DNA of 64,000 nucleotides from the human T2T-CHM13v2.0 reference genome, Homo sapiens (GCF_009914755.1 NC_060938.1), one strand, 5' to 3'. Shown: positions 1-16,993, numbered from the stretch's first letter. Translations and numbers: made by a program. Notes: generated by a model from the sequence alone, not told the origin.

Positions 1-84
1 ACTGAGACTCTGTTAAAATAGGCACAAAAAAGAAAATGGTAGCCAAATCTATAACAACAAAATATTTACCAGTTGCATGAATAT

Positions 85-500
85 ATATAGGTTTATTATA
101 AGGAATTGGCTCATGTGGTTATGGAGGCTAAGAAGTCCCAGGACCTGCAGTCAGCAAGCTGGAGACCCAGGACTGCCAATGTTGGAGTTCCAGTTGAAGC
201 CTAAAGTCCTGAGAACAAGGAAAGCTGATGGCATCAGTTAGAGTCCACGTCTGACTTCAATCTACGTCTCAGCTCTGAAATCATCAGACAAAGAGAGTGA
301 ATTCTCTCTTCCTCTACTTTTGTGTTTCATTTGAGTTTTTAATGGATTGGATGAGGTCCACTCACATTGGGGAGGGCAACTACTTTACTAAGTCTACATA
401 GTCAAATATTCATCTCATCAAGGAACACCCTCACAGACATATCCAGAGTGTTTAACCAAATCTCTAGGCAACCCAACTTGGCAAATAAAATGAACCATCA
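85..500. mobile_element. MLT2-type (ERVL) solo LTR remnant
   Basis: Motifs 'aggaattggctcatgtggttatggaggctaagaagtccc...ctggagacccagg' and 'ggattggatgaggtccactcacattggggagggcaac...accctcacagaca' typical of MLT2 LTRs. Confidence 0.75.
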
Positions 501-533
501 AAGGTGAAAGATGCATACGATCTGAGGAGAAAC

Positions 534-3085
534 CAGAGATGCAGGACGGTTAAACATATGCAAGTCAATAAATGTGATACACCATATAAAGAGAATTAAA
601 AACAAAAATCACATGATCATCTCAATACATGCAGAAAAAGGATTTGACAAAATCCAGCATCGCTTTATGCCTAAAATCCTCAGCAAAATCGACATAGAAA
701 AAGCATTTGACAAAATCCAGAATCCCTTTATGATTAAAACCCTCAGCAAAATCAATATCGAAGGGACATACCTTAAGGTAATAAAAGCCATATATGACAA
801 ACACACAGCCAACATTATACAGAATGGGGAAAATTTGAAAGCATTCCCCCTGAGAACTGGAACAAGACAATGATTCCAACCTTCACCACTTCTATTCAAC
901 ACAGAACTAGAAGTTCTAGCCAGAGCAATCAGATAAGAGAAATAAAGGGCATCCAAATCGGTAAAGAGGAAGTCGAACTGTCACTCTTTGCTGATGACAC
1001 GATCGTATACCTAGAAAGCCCTAAAGACACATCCCAAAAGCTACTAGAACTGGTAAATGAATTCAGCAAAGTTTCAGGATACAAAATTAATGTACACAAG
1101 TCAGTGGCTCTGCTATACAGTAATAGTGAACAAGCTGAGAATTAAATAAAAAACTCACCCCCTTTTACAATAGCTGCAATAAAAACCTTAGGAATATTAT
1201 AATTCTTATAATTATAATAGTATATTCCTATAATTGTCAATTGCATGCAATCTTTGCAGACAAAATCTTAATTATATCCGGAATACTTAACCAAAGAGAC
1301 AAAAGACCTCTACAAGGAAAACTACAAAACACTGCTGATAGAAATCATAGACACAAACAAATGGAAACGTATCCCATGCTCAAGGATGGGTACAATCAAT
1401 ATTGTGAAATACCATACTGCCAAAAGCAATCTACAAACTCAATGCAATCCCCATTAAAGTACCAACATCAGTCTTCACAGAACTACAAAAATTCACATGG
1501 AACTAAAAAAGACATAGAAGGGACATACCTTAAGGTAATAAAAGCCTAGAACCAAAAAAGAGTCTGTATAGCCAAAGCAAGACTAAGCAAAAAGAACAAA
1601 TCTAGAAGCTGACTTCAAACTATACTAGAAGGCCATAGTCACCAAAACAGCATGGTACTGGTATAAAAATAGCCATATAGATCAATGTAACATAATAGAG
1701 AACCCAGAAATAAAGCCAAATACTTATAGTCATCTAATCTTCAACAAAACAAACAAAAACATAAAGCAGAGAAAAATACCCTATTCAACAAATGGTGCTG
1801 AGATAAATGGCAAGCCACACATAGAAGAATGAAAGTGGATGCTCATTTCTCACCCTATTCAAAAATCAACTCAAGATGGATCAAGGACTTAAATCTAATA
1901 CCTGAAACCATAAAAGTTCTAGAAGACGACATTGGAAAAACTCTTCTAGACATTGGCTTAGGCAAAGACTTCATGACCAATAACCCAAAAAGCAAATGCA
2001 ACTAAAGCAAAGATAAATAGATGAAACTTAATTAAACTAAAAGGCTTCTGCACAGTAAGAGAAATAATCAGCAGAGTAAACAGATAACCTACAGAGTGGC
2101 AGAAAATCTTCGCAATCTGTACTTCTGATTAAAGGAGTAATACCCAGAATCTGCAAGGAACTCAAACAAAGCAGCAAGGAAAACATCCCATCAAAAAGTG
2201 GGCTAAGGACATGAACAGACAATTCTCAAAAGAAGCAACTGGCCAACAAACACATGAAAAAATGCTCAACATAACTAATTATCAGGGAAATGTAAATCAA
2301 AACCATAAGACAATATGATACCCCTTCACTCCTGCAAGAACGGTCATAATCAAAAAATCAAAAACTAATAGATGTTGGCATGGATGTGGCAAAAAGGGAA
2401 CACTTTTACACTTTTTGGAGGGAATGTAAGCTAGTACAACAGCTATGGAAAACAGCGAGGAGATTTCCAAAGAAGTAAAAGCAGATCTATCATTTGATCC
2501 AGTAATTCCACTCCTGGGTATCTACTCAGAGGAAAATAAGTCATTATATGAAAAAGATACTAGCACACGAATGTTTATAGCAGCACAATATGCAATTGGA
2601 AGAATTTGAAACCAGTCTAAATGCCCACCAATCCATAAGTGGATAAAGAAAATGTGGTATAAATATTTACCACATGGAGTACTACTCAGCCATAAGATAG
2701 AATGAAATAATGCATTCACAGCAACCTGGATGAAACTGGACACCATTATTCTAAGTGAAGCAACTTAGGAATGGAAAACCAAACATTGTATGTTCTCATT
2801 CATAAGTGAGAGCTAAGCTATGAGGATGCAAAGGCATAAGAATGATACAATGGTCTTCGAGGACTCAGGGAAACGCTGGGAGTGGTGGGGTGGGTGCGGT
2901 GAGGGATAAAACACTACACATTGGGTACAGTGTACACTGCTTGGGTGATGGGTGCACCACAAATCTCAGAAATCGCCACTAAACAACTTATTCGTGTAAC
3001 CAAACACCACCTGTTTCCCAAAATCCTATTGAAATTAAAAAAACCCCATCATATTCCCCAAAAACCTATTGCAATAAAAAAAAAT
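534..3085 (+). mobile_element. 5'-truncated LINE-1 (L1PB-like), degraded ORF2 RT/C-terminal part plus 3' UTR and A tail
   Basis: ORF fragments 574-873 and 870-1145 translate to L1 ORF2 motifs (KNHMIIS.AEK.FDKIQ, LFADD, KINVHKS); L1PB-like 3' UTR 'tacacattgggtacagtgtacactgcttgggtgatgggtgcacc'; A-rich end. Confidence 0.9.
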
Positions 3086-3341
3086 TAGCCACAATATTTG
3101 GCAATGGGTACGAGGGCCTTAATGGATGGGAGCACTGCAGTCACATTACAGCAATCCACTGTGAAACACCATATATTATATGCAGGTTTAAGAACAGGCC
3201 AAATTCTACTGCTAAACGTTGAAGCAATGAGGATTATCACCCCTTCACTAATTAATTAGGTCTTATATAATAAGTTTTATTTATTTGAAGTCATGTTGTA
3301 ATTTATATTTTACCATATTTGCTAATTTATCAAGATGGGGA

Positions 3342-3630
3342 GGCTAGGCACGATGGCTCACACCTGTAATCCCAGCACTTTGGGAGGCCGAGGCAGGAGG
3401 ATTGCTTGAGGCCAGAAGGTTGAGACCAGTCTAGGCAACATAGCAAGACTCCACTTCTATAAATTTTTTTAATTGGCTGTGTTGGTGCATGCCTGTAATC
3501 CCAGCTACTTGGAAGGCTAAAATGGGAGGATTGCTTGAGCCCAGGAGTTCGAGGCAGCAGTGAGCTATGATTGCGTCACCGCACTTCATTCAGCCTGGGT
3601 AATGGAGGAAGACCCCATCTCTAAAAAAAT
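3342..3630 (+). mobile_element. Alu (AluJ-like)
   Basis: 'ggctaggcacgatggctcacacctgtaatcccagcactttggg...aggattgcttgagg', dimeric structure, A tail. Confidence 0.9.
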
Positions 3631-4135
3631 GAAAAATTAAAAATAAATCAAATTTAAAAAAAACAGGAGGGGAGTTCTGTAAGGTTACATTTGGTGAAGT
3701 CAATGTGTAAGTGCAAATGATTTAATATCAATTTGTTACTCATTGGGTCAGAGCATCCAGGTCCCCTGTGGACAAAGGCTTCTATGACAACGGGAAATTT
3801 AGTCAAGGTAACAAATGTGAGGCATAAGTATGTGCCCTCTATTCTATATGCAGTTACTCTGCTAGAGTTAGGGTTGCAATGTTTAAATTTAGTGAAATCT
3901 CAGGTATAACAAACTTTCAGCTCCAGTATTGATTAAGTTTGTGAAGGTATGCAAATTGGTAGATTTCAGCAGATGTTCAAATTGATTCAGAATATATGCT
4001 GGAGAGTTACAAATACCAATCAGCACCCTTTTATATTTGGACTGTATAAATTGTTTTAGAAAATAGTACATTTCCAATTAGGTCAGATGATAGACTTCCG
4101 TTTTAATTTAAATTTTGTTTTTGTGCATATCCAAG

Positions 4136-4750
4136 TTCCTTCCCTTCCTTCCTTCCTTGTTTCCTTCGTTTCCTTCCTTCCTTCCCTCCTTCCTTCCCTC
4201 CTTCCTTCCATCTTTCCTTCCTTCCTTCCCTCTTTCCTTCCTTCCTTTCTTCCTTCCCTCCTTCCTTCCCTCCTTCCTTCCCTCTTTCCTTCCTTCCTTT
4301 CTTCCTTCCCTCCTTCCTTCCCTCCTTCCTTCCCTCTTTCCTTCCCTTTCCTTCCTTCCTTTCTTCCTTCCCTCCTTCCTTTCTGCCTTCCTTCCTTCCC
4401 TCTTTCCTTTCTTCCTTTCTTCTTTCCCTCCTTCCTTCCTTCCCTCTCTCCTTCCTTCCTTCCCTCCCTCCCTCCTTCCTTCCTTCTCTCTCTCCTTCCT
4501 TCTTTCCTTCCTTCCTTCCTGCCCTCCTTCCCTCTCTCCTTCCTTCATTCCTTCCTTCCCTCTCTCCTTCCTTCCTTCCATCCCTCCCTCCCTCCCTCCC
4601 TACTTCCTTCCTTCCTTCCCTCTCTCTTTCCTTCCCTCCTTTCTTTCCTCTCTCCTACCTTCCCTCCTTTCTTTCCTCTCTCCTTCCTTCCCTCCCTCCT
4701 TCCTTTCTTCCTTCCTTCCTTTCCTCCTTCCTTCCTTCTTTCCTTCCCTC
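4136..4750. repeat. (CCTT)n-type polypyrimidine/polypurine tract, ~610 bp
   Basis: Almost purely C/T on the + strand with CCTT/CCCT/CTTT units. Confidence 0.97.
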
Positions 4751-4769
4751 TGCCTCATTTTTTTGACAC

Positions 4770-5625
4770 TGGATATGGGGAAGATTGTTCTCTTTCCCAC
4801 TCATATTTATAATTTCTTTCTTTGAAACAGCCCCAAATCAGTATCTTCAGAGTTAAGGTCCTCCTTGTGAGGAGATTGTGTGGTTTAAGAACCCTAGACT
4901 TAAGTCAGGTTTGGATTTCTCCCTTCTCTGTGCCTCAGGGGTACCGCAAATGTCTTTTGCTATAACCCTGGGAATTAGATCTTTGTTGCGGCAGAACCAT
5001 AAGTCGCAGAGCAATGCAGCACAACCAGCCCACAATTCAGGGGTCAGTGGATTGAAATCATCTTCTGCTATGGCTCCATCTGGTTCTTCCAGGACATCCC
5101 TCCCCTGCTTTTTTTTTTTCTTTTAGGTTGTTGAAACTTTAGTGGTATATATATTGCCTCATAATCAGTCAAAACTCCCTTTATCCCACATCATGGATTA
5201 AAGAGAACATTGCCAGGAGCCCTTCACTCTTCTAGAAGGACTTTATTTGATAGGTCCTTTTTCTATGGTTTAGAATAAAAGAGGTAATAACTAGAAATAT
5301 CTCCCTCATAATAGGCTCTACAGCAAATTCTACCTTAAAGGCTGTTGTTCGTGTCTTTAACTGTGGCTGCCCTTAATGTTTTTGTCATCCACAGACAATT
5401 GTTGTCTCATTTTGGTCCTCTTTAAATGATGGTTTTATAATCAGCTATAAAATTTAACAGATGCCCTTAAATGCAGGATTCTGATTAATAACGCTAGAGA
5501 TTGTGACATTAGAATAGAGGGAAAACGTTCAAGTAGAAGAGTGAATGGTGTTTGGTCTACTTTGGACTGTATTTTTATAAATATGTTATTAGTATGTGTT
5601 CCAGAATTATTGGAAACTTCTGTAG
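4770..5625. mobile_element. Probable ERV1 (MER4-group-like) internal remnant
   Basis: Resembles recalled non-autonomous ERV1 internal sequence ('tagtatgtgttccagaattat.ggaaactt', 'ggtcctctttaaatgatggttttataatcagctataaaattt'); no coding motif recognised. Confidence 0.45.
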
Positions 5626-6030
5626 AAATGTAATCCCCAGTGTCGGAGATGGGGCCTGCTGGGAGGTGGCTGGTCCATGGGAGCAGTTTCCAGTGGTTCC
5701 CAGTGTTGGAGACGGGGCCTACTGGAAGGCAGCGGGTCCACGGGAGCAGCCTCCAGTGGTTCCCACTGTCGGAGATGGGGCCTGCTGGGAGGTGGCTGGT
5801 CCATGGGAGTAGTTTCTAATGGTTAAGCACAAACCCCTTAGCTCTGCTCTTGTGATAGAGTTCTCATGAGATCTTGTTGTTTAAAGTGTGTAGGACCTTT
5901 CCCCTCTCTCTCTTCCTCCTGCTCTTGCTTTCCCTTCCACCATGATTGTTAAGTGTCCTGAGGCCTCCCCAGAAGCTGAGAAGATGTCAGCATCATGTTT
6001 GCTGTACAGGCTGTGGAACTGTGAGCCAAT
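5626..6030 (+). mobile_element. MST-family MaLR LTR with an internal tandem triplication
   Basis: 'tgtaatccccagtgt.ggag.tggggcct', 'gagttctcatgagatct', 'ccaccatgattgttaagtgtcctgaggcctccccagaagctgag', 'gaactgtgagccaatt'. Confidence 0.8.
5636..5824. repeat. Minisatellite, 3 x 63 bp
   Basis: Units start at 5636, 5699 and 5762 (ccca[g/c]tgt.ggaga.ggggcct.ctgg...tggtt). Confidence 0.95.
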
Positions 6031-6044
6031 TTGCTGTACTCTTC

Positions 6045-6748
6045 TGTTTTCTTTTTATTTTATTTTTTTAAATTTTATTTTAAGTTCCAGGATACATGTG
6101 CAGGATATGCATGTTTGTTACGTAGGTAAACGTGCACTATGATGATTTGCTGTACCTATCAACCCACAGCCTAGGTGCCTAGGTATTAAGCCCCACATGT
6201 GTTAGCTATTTATCCTGATGCTCTCTCTCCCCATCCCCACTGACAGGCCCCAGTGTGTGTTGTTCCTCTCCCTGTGTCCAGGTGTTCTCATTATTCAGCT
6301 CCCACTTATGAGTGAGAACATGTGGTGTTTGGTCTTCTGTTCCTGTATTAGTTTGCTAAAGATGATGGTTTCCAGATTCATTCATGTCCCTGCAAAAGAC
6401 ATGATCTCATTCCTTTTTATGGCTGCATAGTATTCCATGGCGTGTATGTACCACATTTTTTTATCTAGTCTATCATTGATGGACATTTGGATTGATTCCA
6501 TGTTTTTGCTAATGGGAATAGTGCTGCTATAAACATACGTATGCATGCATCTTTATAATAGAATGATTTATAGTCCTTTGCATATATACCCAGTAATCGG
6601 ATTTCTGGGTTAAATTGTATTTCTGGTTCTAGATCCTTGCAGAATCGCCAAACTGTCTTCCACAATGATTGAACTAATTAACATTCCTACCAACAGTGTA
6701 AAAGTGTTTATTTATCCACAGCCTTGCCAGCATCTGTTGTTTCTTGAC
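6045..6748 (-). mobile_element. LINE-1 3' end (older L1PA, ~L1PA8-like), interrupted
   Basis: Antisense L1 3' UTR 'aagttccaggatacatgtgcagg...tattaagccccacatg'; ORF 6465-6665 gives ORF2 C-terminal motifs (WKTVWRF.KDLEPEI, KTWNQ.KCPSMID). Confidence 0.88.
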
Positions 6749-10243
<3,495 letters not shown>

Positions 10244-11044
10244 GTTTCTTGTATTTGATGATGAAAATCTGTTACTGACAGGCATCCAGCCTGTTTCTTG
10301 TATTTTATGATGAAAATCTGTTATAGACAGTAAGAGGATGGGAGCTCAGGTTAGCAACAGTGTGTTAGAAAAGCAGCAGTAAAATTTTGGTTCTCAAAAC
10401 ATTTGATGTCTTATTCCTTTTATTGAACATGGGTTTTGCTAAAAACGACCAGCCATTTTGAAACTTGATTATATTGTCATGTTCTCATTTTGGAATTCGT
10501 CTTATCGTTTTGTACAAATTGGCAGCCGTATGTGGGAAATTTCAGTTTTGCAGGTTTTCAGATTATTTTTATTTTTACACCAGAGATTTTGAACAGATGC
10601 TATACAAATGTATTCATTTATTTATTCAACAAAATTTAGTGCTGGTTATGTTGCAAGCACTTAGTGAACTTCATGCTGTACGTGCCTCAGATACTTTTGT
10701 GAATGTAATAGCAACATCAAAAACTTTGCCCTTATGCACCTTATAAACCTTTAATTTCAAGGCATGTTGATGAGTGAGCATGTGCTATAACATACTTTCA
10801 TTGTCATTTAATTAACCATTATTTGGGTATACCTTATATTAAAGCTGATTATTAAAAACTGGAAAATATTTAACACATCTTTATCTTGCCTTTTTCCTTA
10901 ACATATTTAGATCAAGGGAGTCACTGAGAATCAATTTTAGGGATAGTTATAAAAATCTTAATTTTGCAACTATAACTTTGTCCTCAATGTAATAACTGGA
11001 AAAAATAATTTATGTTTCAAAAGCTTTAATCTTTGTATTTTTTT

Positions 11045-12383
<1,339 letters not shown>

Positions 12384-12909
12384 AATCTTTGTATTTTTTT
12401 GAAAAGAAGCCTTAACTGAAATTCTTTAAAAATTCTTGTTCTGTCCTACAGTAGAGACTGACAGACTCACGGATATGGTCCTCTAATGGATCTGTATCAC
12501 CTCAGTTCTCTGATTGTCGCCCTCCTGTGGTGAAAATTAAAGCTTATTTTCATTTCATGTCTTGCATGTAGTATGTTCTTGTTGGGAAAAAATGATGTTT
12601 CTTGCAAAATAAGTGCCTTCAGTATCACTGTGTGTCACTTAATAAATATGACTAATATCTACTTTTACCAGTTGCTGCAATTTGATCCGTAAACAGCCAT
12701 CTTTAAATTATACTTTTTCTTTGGTTAAAGAAAATACTTATAATAGACATTAATTATTTTTACATAATTTTCTTATGTGGACAGACATTCTTAGAACTAA
12801 AACTTTCAGATGTTTATATTACAAGTGCAATTATTATTATTATTAATGTCAGTAGCCAAATGTAATCAACTCTCATCCTTTTACTTCCTTTTTTGAATCA
12901 AAATGTTAC

Positions 12910-13165
12910 ACTTATACAAGCAAGAGCAACAGCTCTATATCTGGATCACTGCAATGCCTAGAAGATACAACAGCACAATTTACAAATCCAAATTTCCAGG
13001 AAGTCTCTGCATATACCTCTAGTACAAAAGATGTTTCAGAGACTAGAGGGTCAGTGGGCAAAGAGAGGAAATATTCAACTCCCAGTTCAGGTCAAAAGGG
13101 AAGAAGGCCTGGTGTTGAAAGAAATTCAAGAATGACTGTGTCTGCAACTCGCTCCTTTCTGTAAA
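12910..13165 (+). pseudogene. MLLT10: Isolated unprocessed copy of one MLLT10 (AF10) internal exon (MLLT10P-type fragment)
   Basis: Translates TYTSKSNSSISGSLQCLEDTTAQFTNPNFQEVSAYTSSTKDVSETRGSVGK..SSGQKGRRPG..TVSA, matching recalled AF10 TYTSTSNNSISGSLKRLEDTTARFTNANFQEVSAHTSSGKDVSETRGSEGKGKK; pyrimidine tract upstream; acceptor reads AC instead of AG; GT follows at 13166. Confidence 0.88.
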
Positions 13166-13919
13166 GTATTCATGGTGTTTTACTTAAAATATTTGCTCTT
13201 ATGATGGTCAATAATATTAATAGTTATGCTTTGTAAAAGAATTTATTCTTTACTTATAATTAGTGGATCATTCTAAGTTATTATATGTTTAGTTGCTATA
13301 GTAAGATGATGTGAAAGATTTGTTGCCTGTGAAATGTTTCTGGGACCTTTGCTTTATTTTTATATTATGATCTGTGCTTCCAAAGTTGAGCTGCAATTTT
13401 ATTGCTTATACAAATGTAGAATACACCTTAAGTTCGGGGAGGAAAATAAAAGCTAGAGTTTTCCTTTCAGCTATAGAGCAGTAATTTATTTCTATAAATG
13501 TTCTTTATGTAGCTTTCCTAGTTCCACATTTAAAAAGATAAATATTGGGATCTACACAGGTCTCAGCAAATAATAGTTCTTGATTAATAATGCATTTATT
13601 ATAAAGCTTGAAGTTTAAAGTATAATTTTGTTCAACCTACATATCTTTTATGGTCAGGCTGCTATAATTGTGTAATACCCAGTTAAATTTCAATTTCAGA
13701 TAAACAAGAAATAATATTTTAGTATAATCATGTCCCAAATATTGCATGGGATAGACTTACACTGAGAAAAGTATTTGTTTATCTGAAATTTCAAATTAAC
13801 TGGGCATGCTATATTTTCTGTGGCAACCTGTTTTATAGAGAACAGAGTAAGTCAGCTAAATTTTAGAATACTTAACCCTAACCTGGTGTTCTAGGTCTTT
13901 CCTTTTTGTAATTATTATT

Positions 13920-14430
13920 ATTATTTGGAGTCAGGGTCGTGCTCCATCACCCAGGCTGGAGTGCAGTGACACAATCACAGTGCCCTGCAGCCTTGAGCTT
14001 CTGGGCTCAAGGGATTCTGGCACCTCTGCCTTTGCCTCCCAAGTGGCTAGTACCACAGGTACGTGGGCCCAGCTATTTTTTTTTTTTTTTTTCTCATAGA
14101 GACAGGGTCTCAGGCTGGTCTGGAACTCCTGGGCTCAAGCAATCCTCCCACCTCTGCCTTCACTTCCCAAATAGCTGAGACCACAGGCACACGTCACCAC
14201 CATACCCAGCTTAATTTTTATCAGGTTAGTGCAAGAGTAATTCCGGGTTTTGCCATTGAAAGTAATGGCAAAACCCGCAACTACTTTTTACCCCACCCTA
14301 ATAATTTTTTTGTGGAGAAAGGGTCTTGCCTTGTTGTGTAGGCTGGTTTCCAACTCCTGGGCTCAAGTGACCCTCCTGCCTTGGCCTCTAAAAGTTCTGG
14401 GATTACAGATGGGAGCCACTGCACCAAGCT
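13920..14430 (-). mobile_element. Degenerate AluJ-type elements (two adjacent pieces), one interrupted by MADE1
   Basis: 'cccaggctggagtgcagtg', 'ggaactcctgggctcaagcaatcctccc', 'ctgggattacag'. Confidence 0.8.
14221..14301. mobile_element. MADE1 (Hsmar1 mariner MITE)
   Basis: ~80-bp palindrome tcaggttagtgcaagagtaattccgggttttgccatt...aatggcaaaacccgcaactactttttaccccaccctaa flanked by TA. Confidence 0.9.
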
Positions 14431-15559
14431 ACTTTGTATAATTTTTAACATAAATATTTTGAGAAATAGAAATGTTAAAACCATTGGAGAAAAATTATTG
14501 TAAAGTATATAATAGAAAAAAAATCAAACAAAATACAACAAATACAACAAAAAATTATCAAAATTTTCAGAGGAACAAAACAAAATCTAGTTTTACAATC
14601 TTCAGAATTCAATCCCATTATATCAAACATGTAAAGAAACATATTCAAAGAAAAAGGCAATGAATAGAGACTGACCTCGAGACGACCCAGATGTTGGAAT
14701 TAGTGTGGATTTTTAAAGTAGTTTTTGTAATTCTTACTAAAATCAAAACCCCAAAAACCCTTAAAATAAATGGATAGGAAATCACAGCAGAGAAGAAGAA
14801 ACTACAATAATAACAAAGACTCAAGTGGAAATTCCAGAAGTAAGAAAGTTTTCAAAATTAAAAAATAATAATCAGTTGTGTTCAGGAGCAGCTTGAAGGT
14901 GGTAAAGAGTCAATGAACCTTAAAATACAATTGAAATGAGTCAATCTGAAAAATGTGAGCAGTCATAGGTTGGGGTGAGGGAGCTTTTCCTTTGGTTAGT
15001 GCTTTTAGGTAACCTTGGTTTTGATAAGATTACTAGACTGATCCATCAGAGGCATGCTAAGCCAAAGTTTATCTTGGTTTTAGTAGTGCTTTAAACAAAA
15101 CTCATGATATCCTTGTGTACAAGATGGAAGAAGAGTGGACCAGATGACAATATTTAGATGCAGTCATTCTTAACCTCCGTTGCTCTCCCAGTGGTCTAGC
15201 TGGGGTTTGTATAAAGTGGAATGGGAGGAATAGGGAAGGAGCCCCCACCTACCCTCTCCCCTTGTCCACTTGTCCTCCTTCACTAGTGGATAAAGTCCCT
15301 GGGAACAGGCAAGTTATTTTAAATCTGTATCTTCTGTTGTCAAGATCTGTAATCAGTTCTGCTCGCTGGACTGGGGAGAGGAACCAAGGGAACATGAGGG
15401 TGAACGGGTTGACATGGAGTCCAGGAACACACTGTGCCCACATGCAGAATGTTTGTGACAGGAAAGCCAGTCAGCAGGCAGATGGTCTCAGATACCAAGC
15501 TAGTGTTGGGAAGCAAGATTCAGTCTCTTGAAGGCGGTGTTCCTCATTCTGTGGTTTGT

Positions 15560-15720
15560 ATCACTTGCTTCAGAATGACCTGGAGTACTTGTTAAAATGC
15601 AAATTTTGAGCCCAATCCTAGACCTCCTAAGCCTGCATCTCTACGGATGGGTCTCAGTAGTCGATATTGGAAACGTGCAGGTCCCTAGGAGATGCTTATG
15701 CATATAGATTTGAACTGTTT
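15560..15720. mobile_element. MER5A-like hAT-Charlie MITE
   Basis: 'cagaatgacctggagtacttgttaaaatgcaaatt...caggtccctaggagatgcttatgca'. Confidence 0.6.
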
Positions 15721-15774
15721 TGTTTAAGGGTTAGGGAGCTGGCAAAACCAAGGAAAAGACCAAGCCCTTGGGTG

Positions 15775-15940
15775 GGAAGGCTCCATAACCTTGGCACTGT
15801 TAGCATTCTGAGCGGAACGGGATTCTGCCACATGCTTCGCAGCAACCCTAGCCTCTACTCTCTAACACCATATTCCAGTTGTGAAAACCAAAAATGTCCC
15901 CTGGGAGGCAAAACAGTCACTGGTTAGGAACTGGAACCAC
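15775..15940. mobile_element. MER20-like hAT-Charlie element
   Basis: 'aaccttggcactgttagcatt...ccagttgtgaaaaccaaaaatgtcccctgggaggcaaaa'. Confidence 0.65.
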
Positions 15941-16993
15941 TGCTTTGTGGGATCAGAGTGGTTACTTTGTTCCCAATCCAAGGATCAGAACACACGATAG
16001 GAGAAAGTCCAGCTATTGGAACTGGAGTGCCAAGTTGAAGCTAGACCTACAACAAAAGCTCCAAAAGCTCCTTTATAGGGCTGATCCCATGCCTCAGCTA
16101 CCTAGCTTGTACAGACGCCATGTAACTCTAGATTTGGTGACAGAAGGAATTTAAAGGCTAGAACTAGATAGGGTATTTCAGGTTAGGCCAGCACACAACG
16201 TGGACTTTTGACATCATCCAGATGCTTGAACCAACCTCAGTCCTGAGGCAGAATTTCCCGTGGCATCTGATACACAGCCTGGATTTGGAGCACTCACTGG
16301 GATTAGATGCCACAGGAATATTGTGTTTAGGAACTCTGAAAGAGACAGGCTTCAACAAAGCAGACCTAAGCAACATGTAGCATCTGAACTTCTTTATCAG
16401 CTTCCATTCCAGCCCACGAGGACAAAAGCATCACATACATATCTACTGTGGCAAAACTGTCCTCAGTAGAGAGTTTCCCCAGTACTACTCTCCCTTCTGT
16501 TCTGAGCCTACTTGCTCCTTTGTAATGTTTCCACTTTCTGTCCCACTCCCTAATAGATGATTTGTCCTCTCTGCCCAGCCCCTAGTTCTGATATTTGGAT
16601 TTTCTGTGATCTGGGTAGTACTTAGGAGGTAGAATCAAAGCCTTGTTGATTGGATTGGGAGTTTCTAACTTCCTATTAAAGGCACTGATTAAGCATCTAT
16701 TGTATAAAGTAAAGTAAGATTATGATCCAGTAAGAAAGATTCCACAAGTAGCGCAGGAAGAATTGGTTTCTAGTACACTTCATGCTTCAGGACAGGAAAT
16801 CCAGAAAAAAATTCTGTGGTACGTTAAGTGTGTACTGTAAGTTTCATTTCCATGTGAAAAACTGTAGTTAGCTAAAAAGTACATCCATGAAGAATCCTGA
16901 TTAAACTTGTTTAATCCTGGTTAAACTAGCTACTAGCTAAACAATAATTTCACAACAACTCAAGAACTCTGTAAAAGCATTTCCTCTGAATTG

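Noticed and set aside
4087-4825. Long ORFs of 241, 236 and 157 aa (PSFL and GRKE repeats)
   Set aside because: Artefacts of the stop-free (CCTT)n tract; no coding signature
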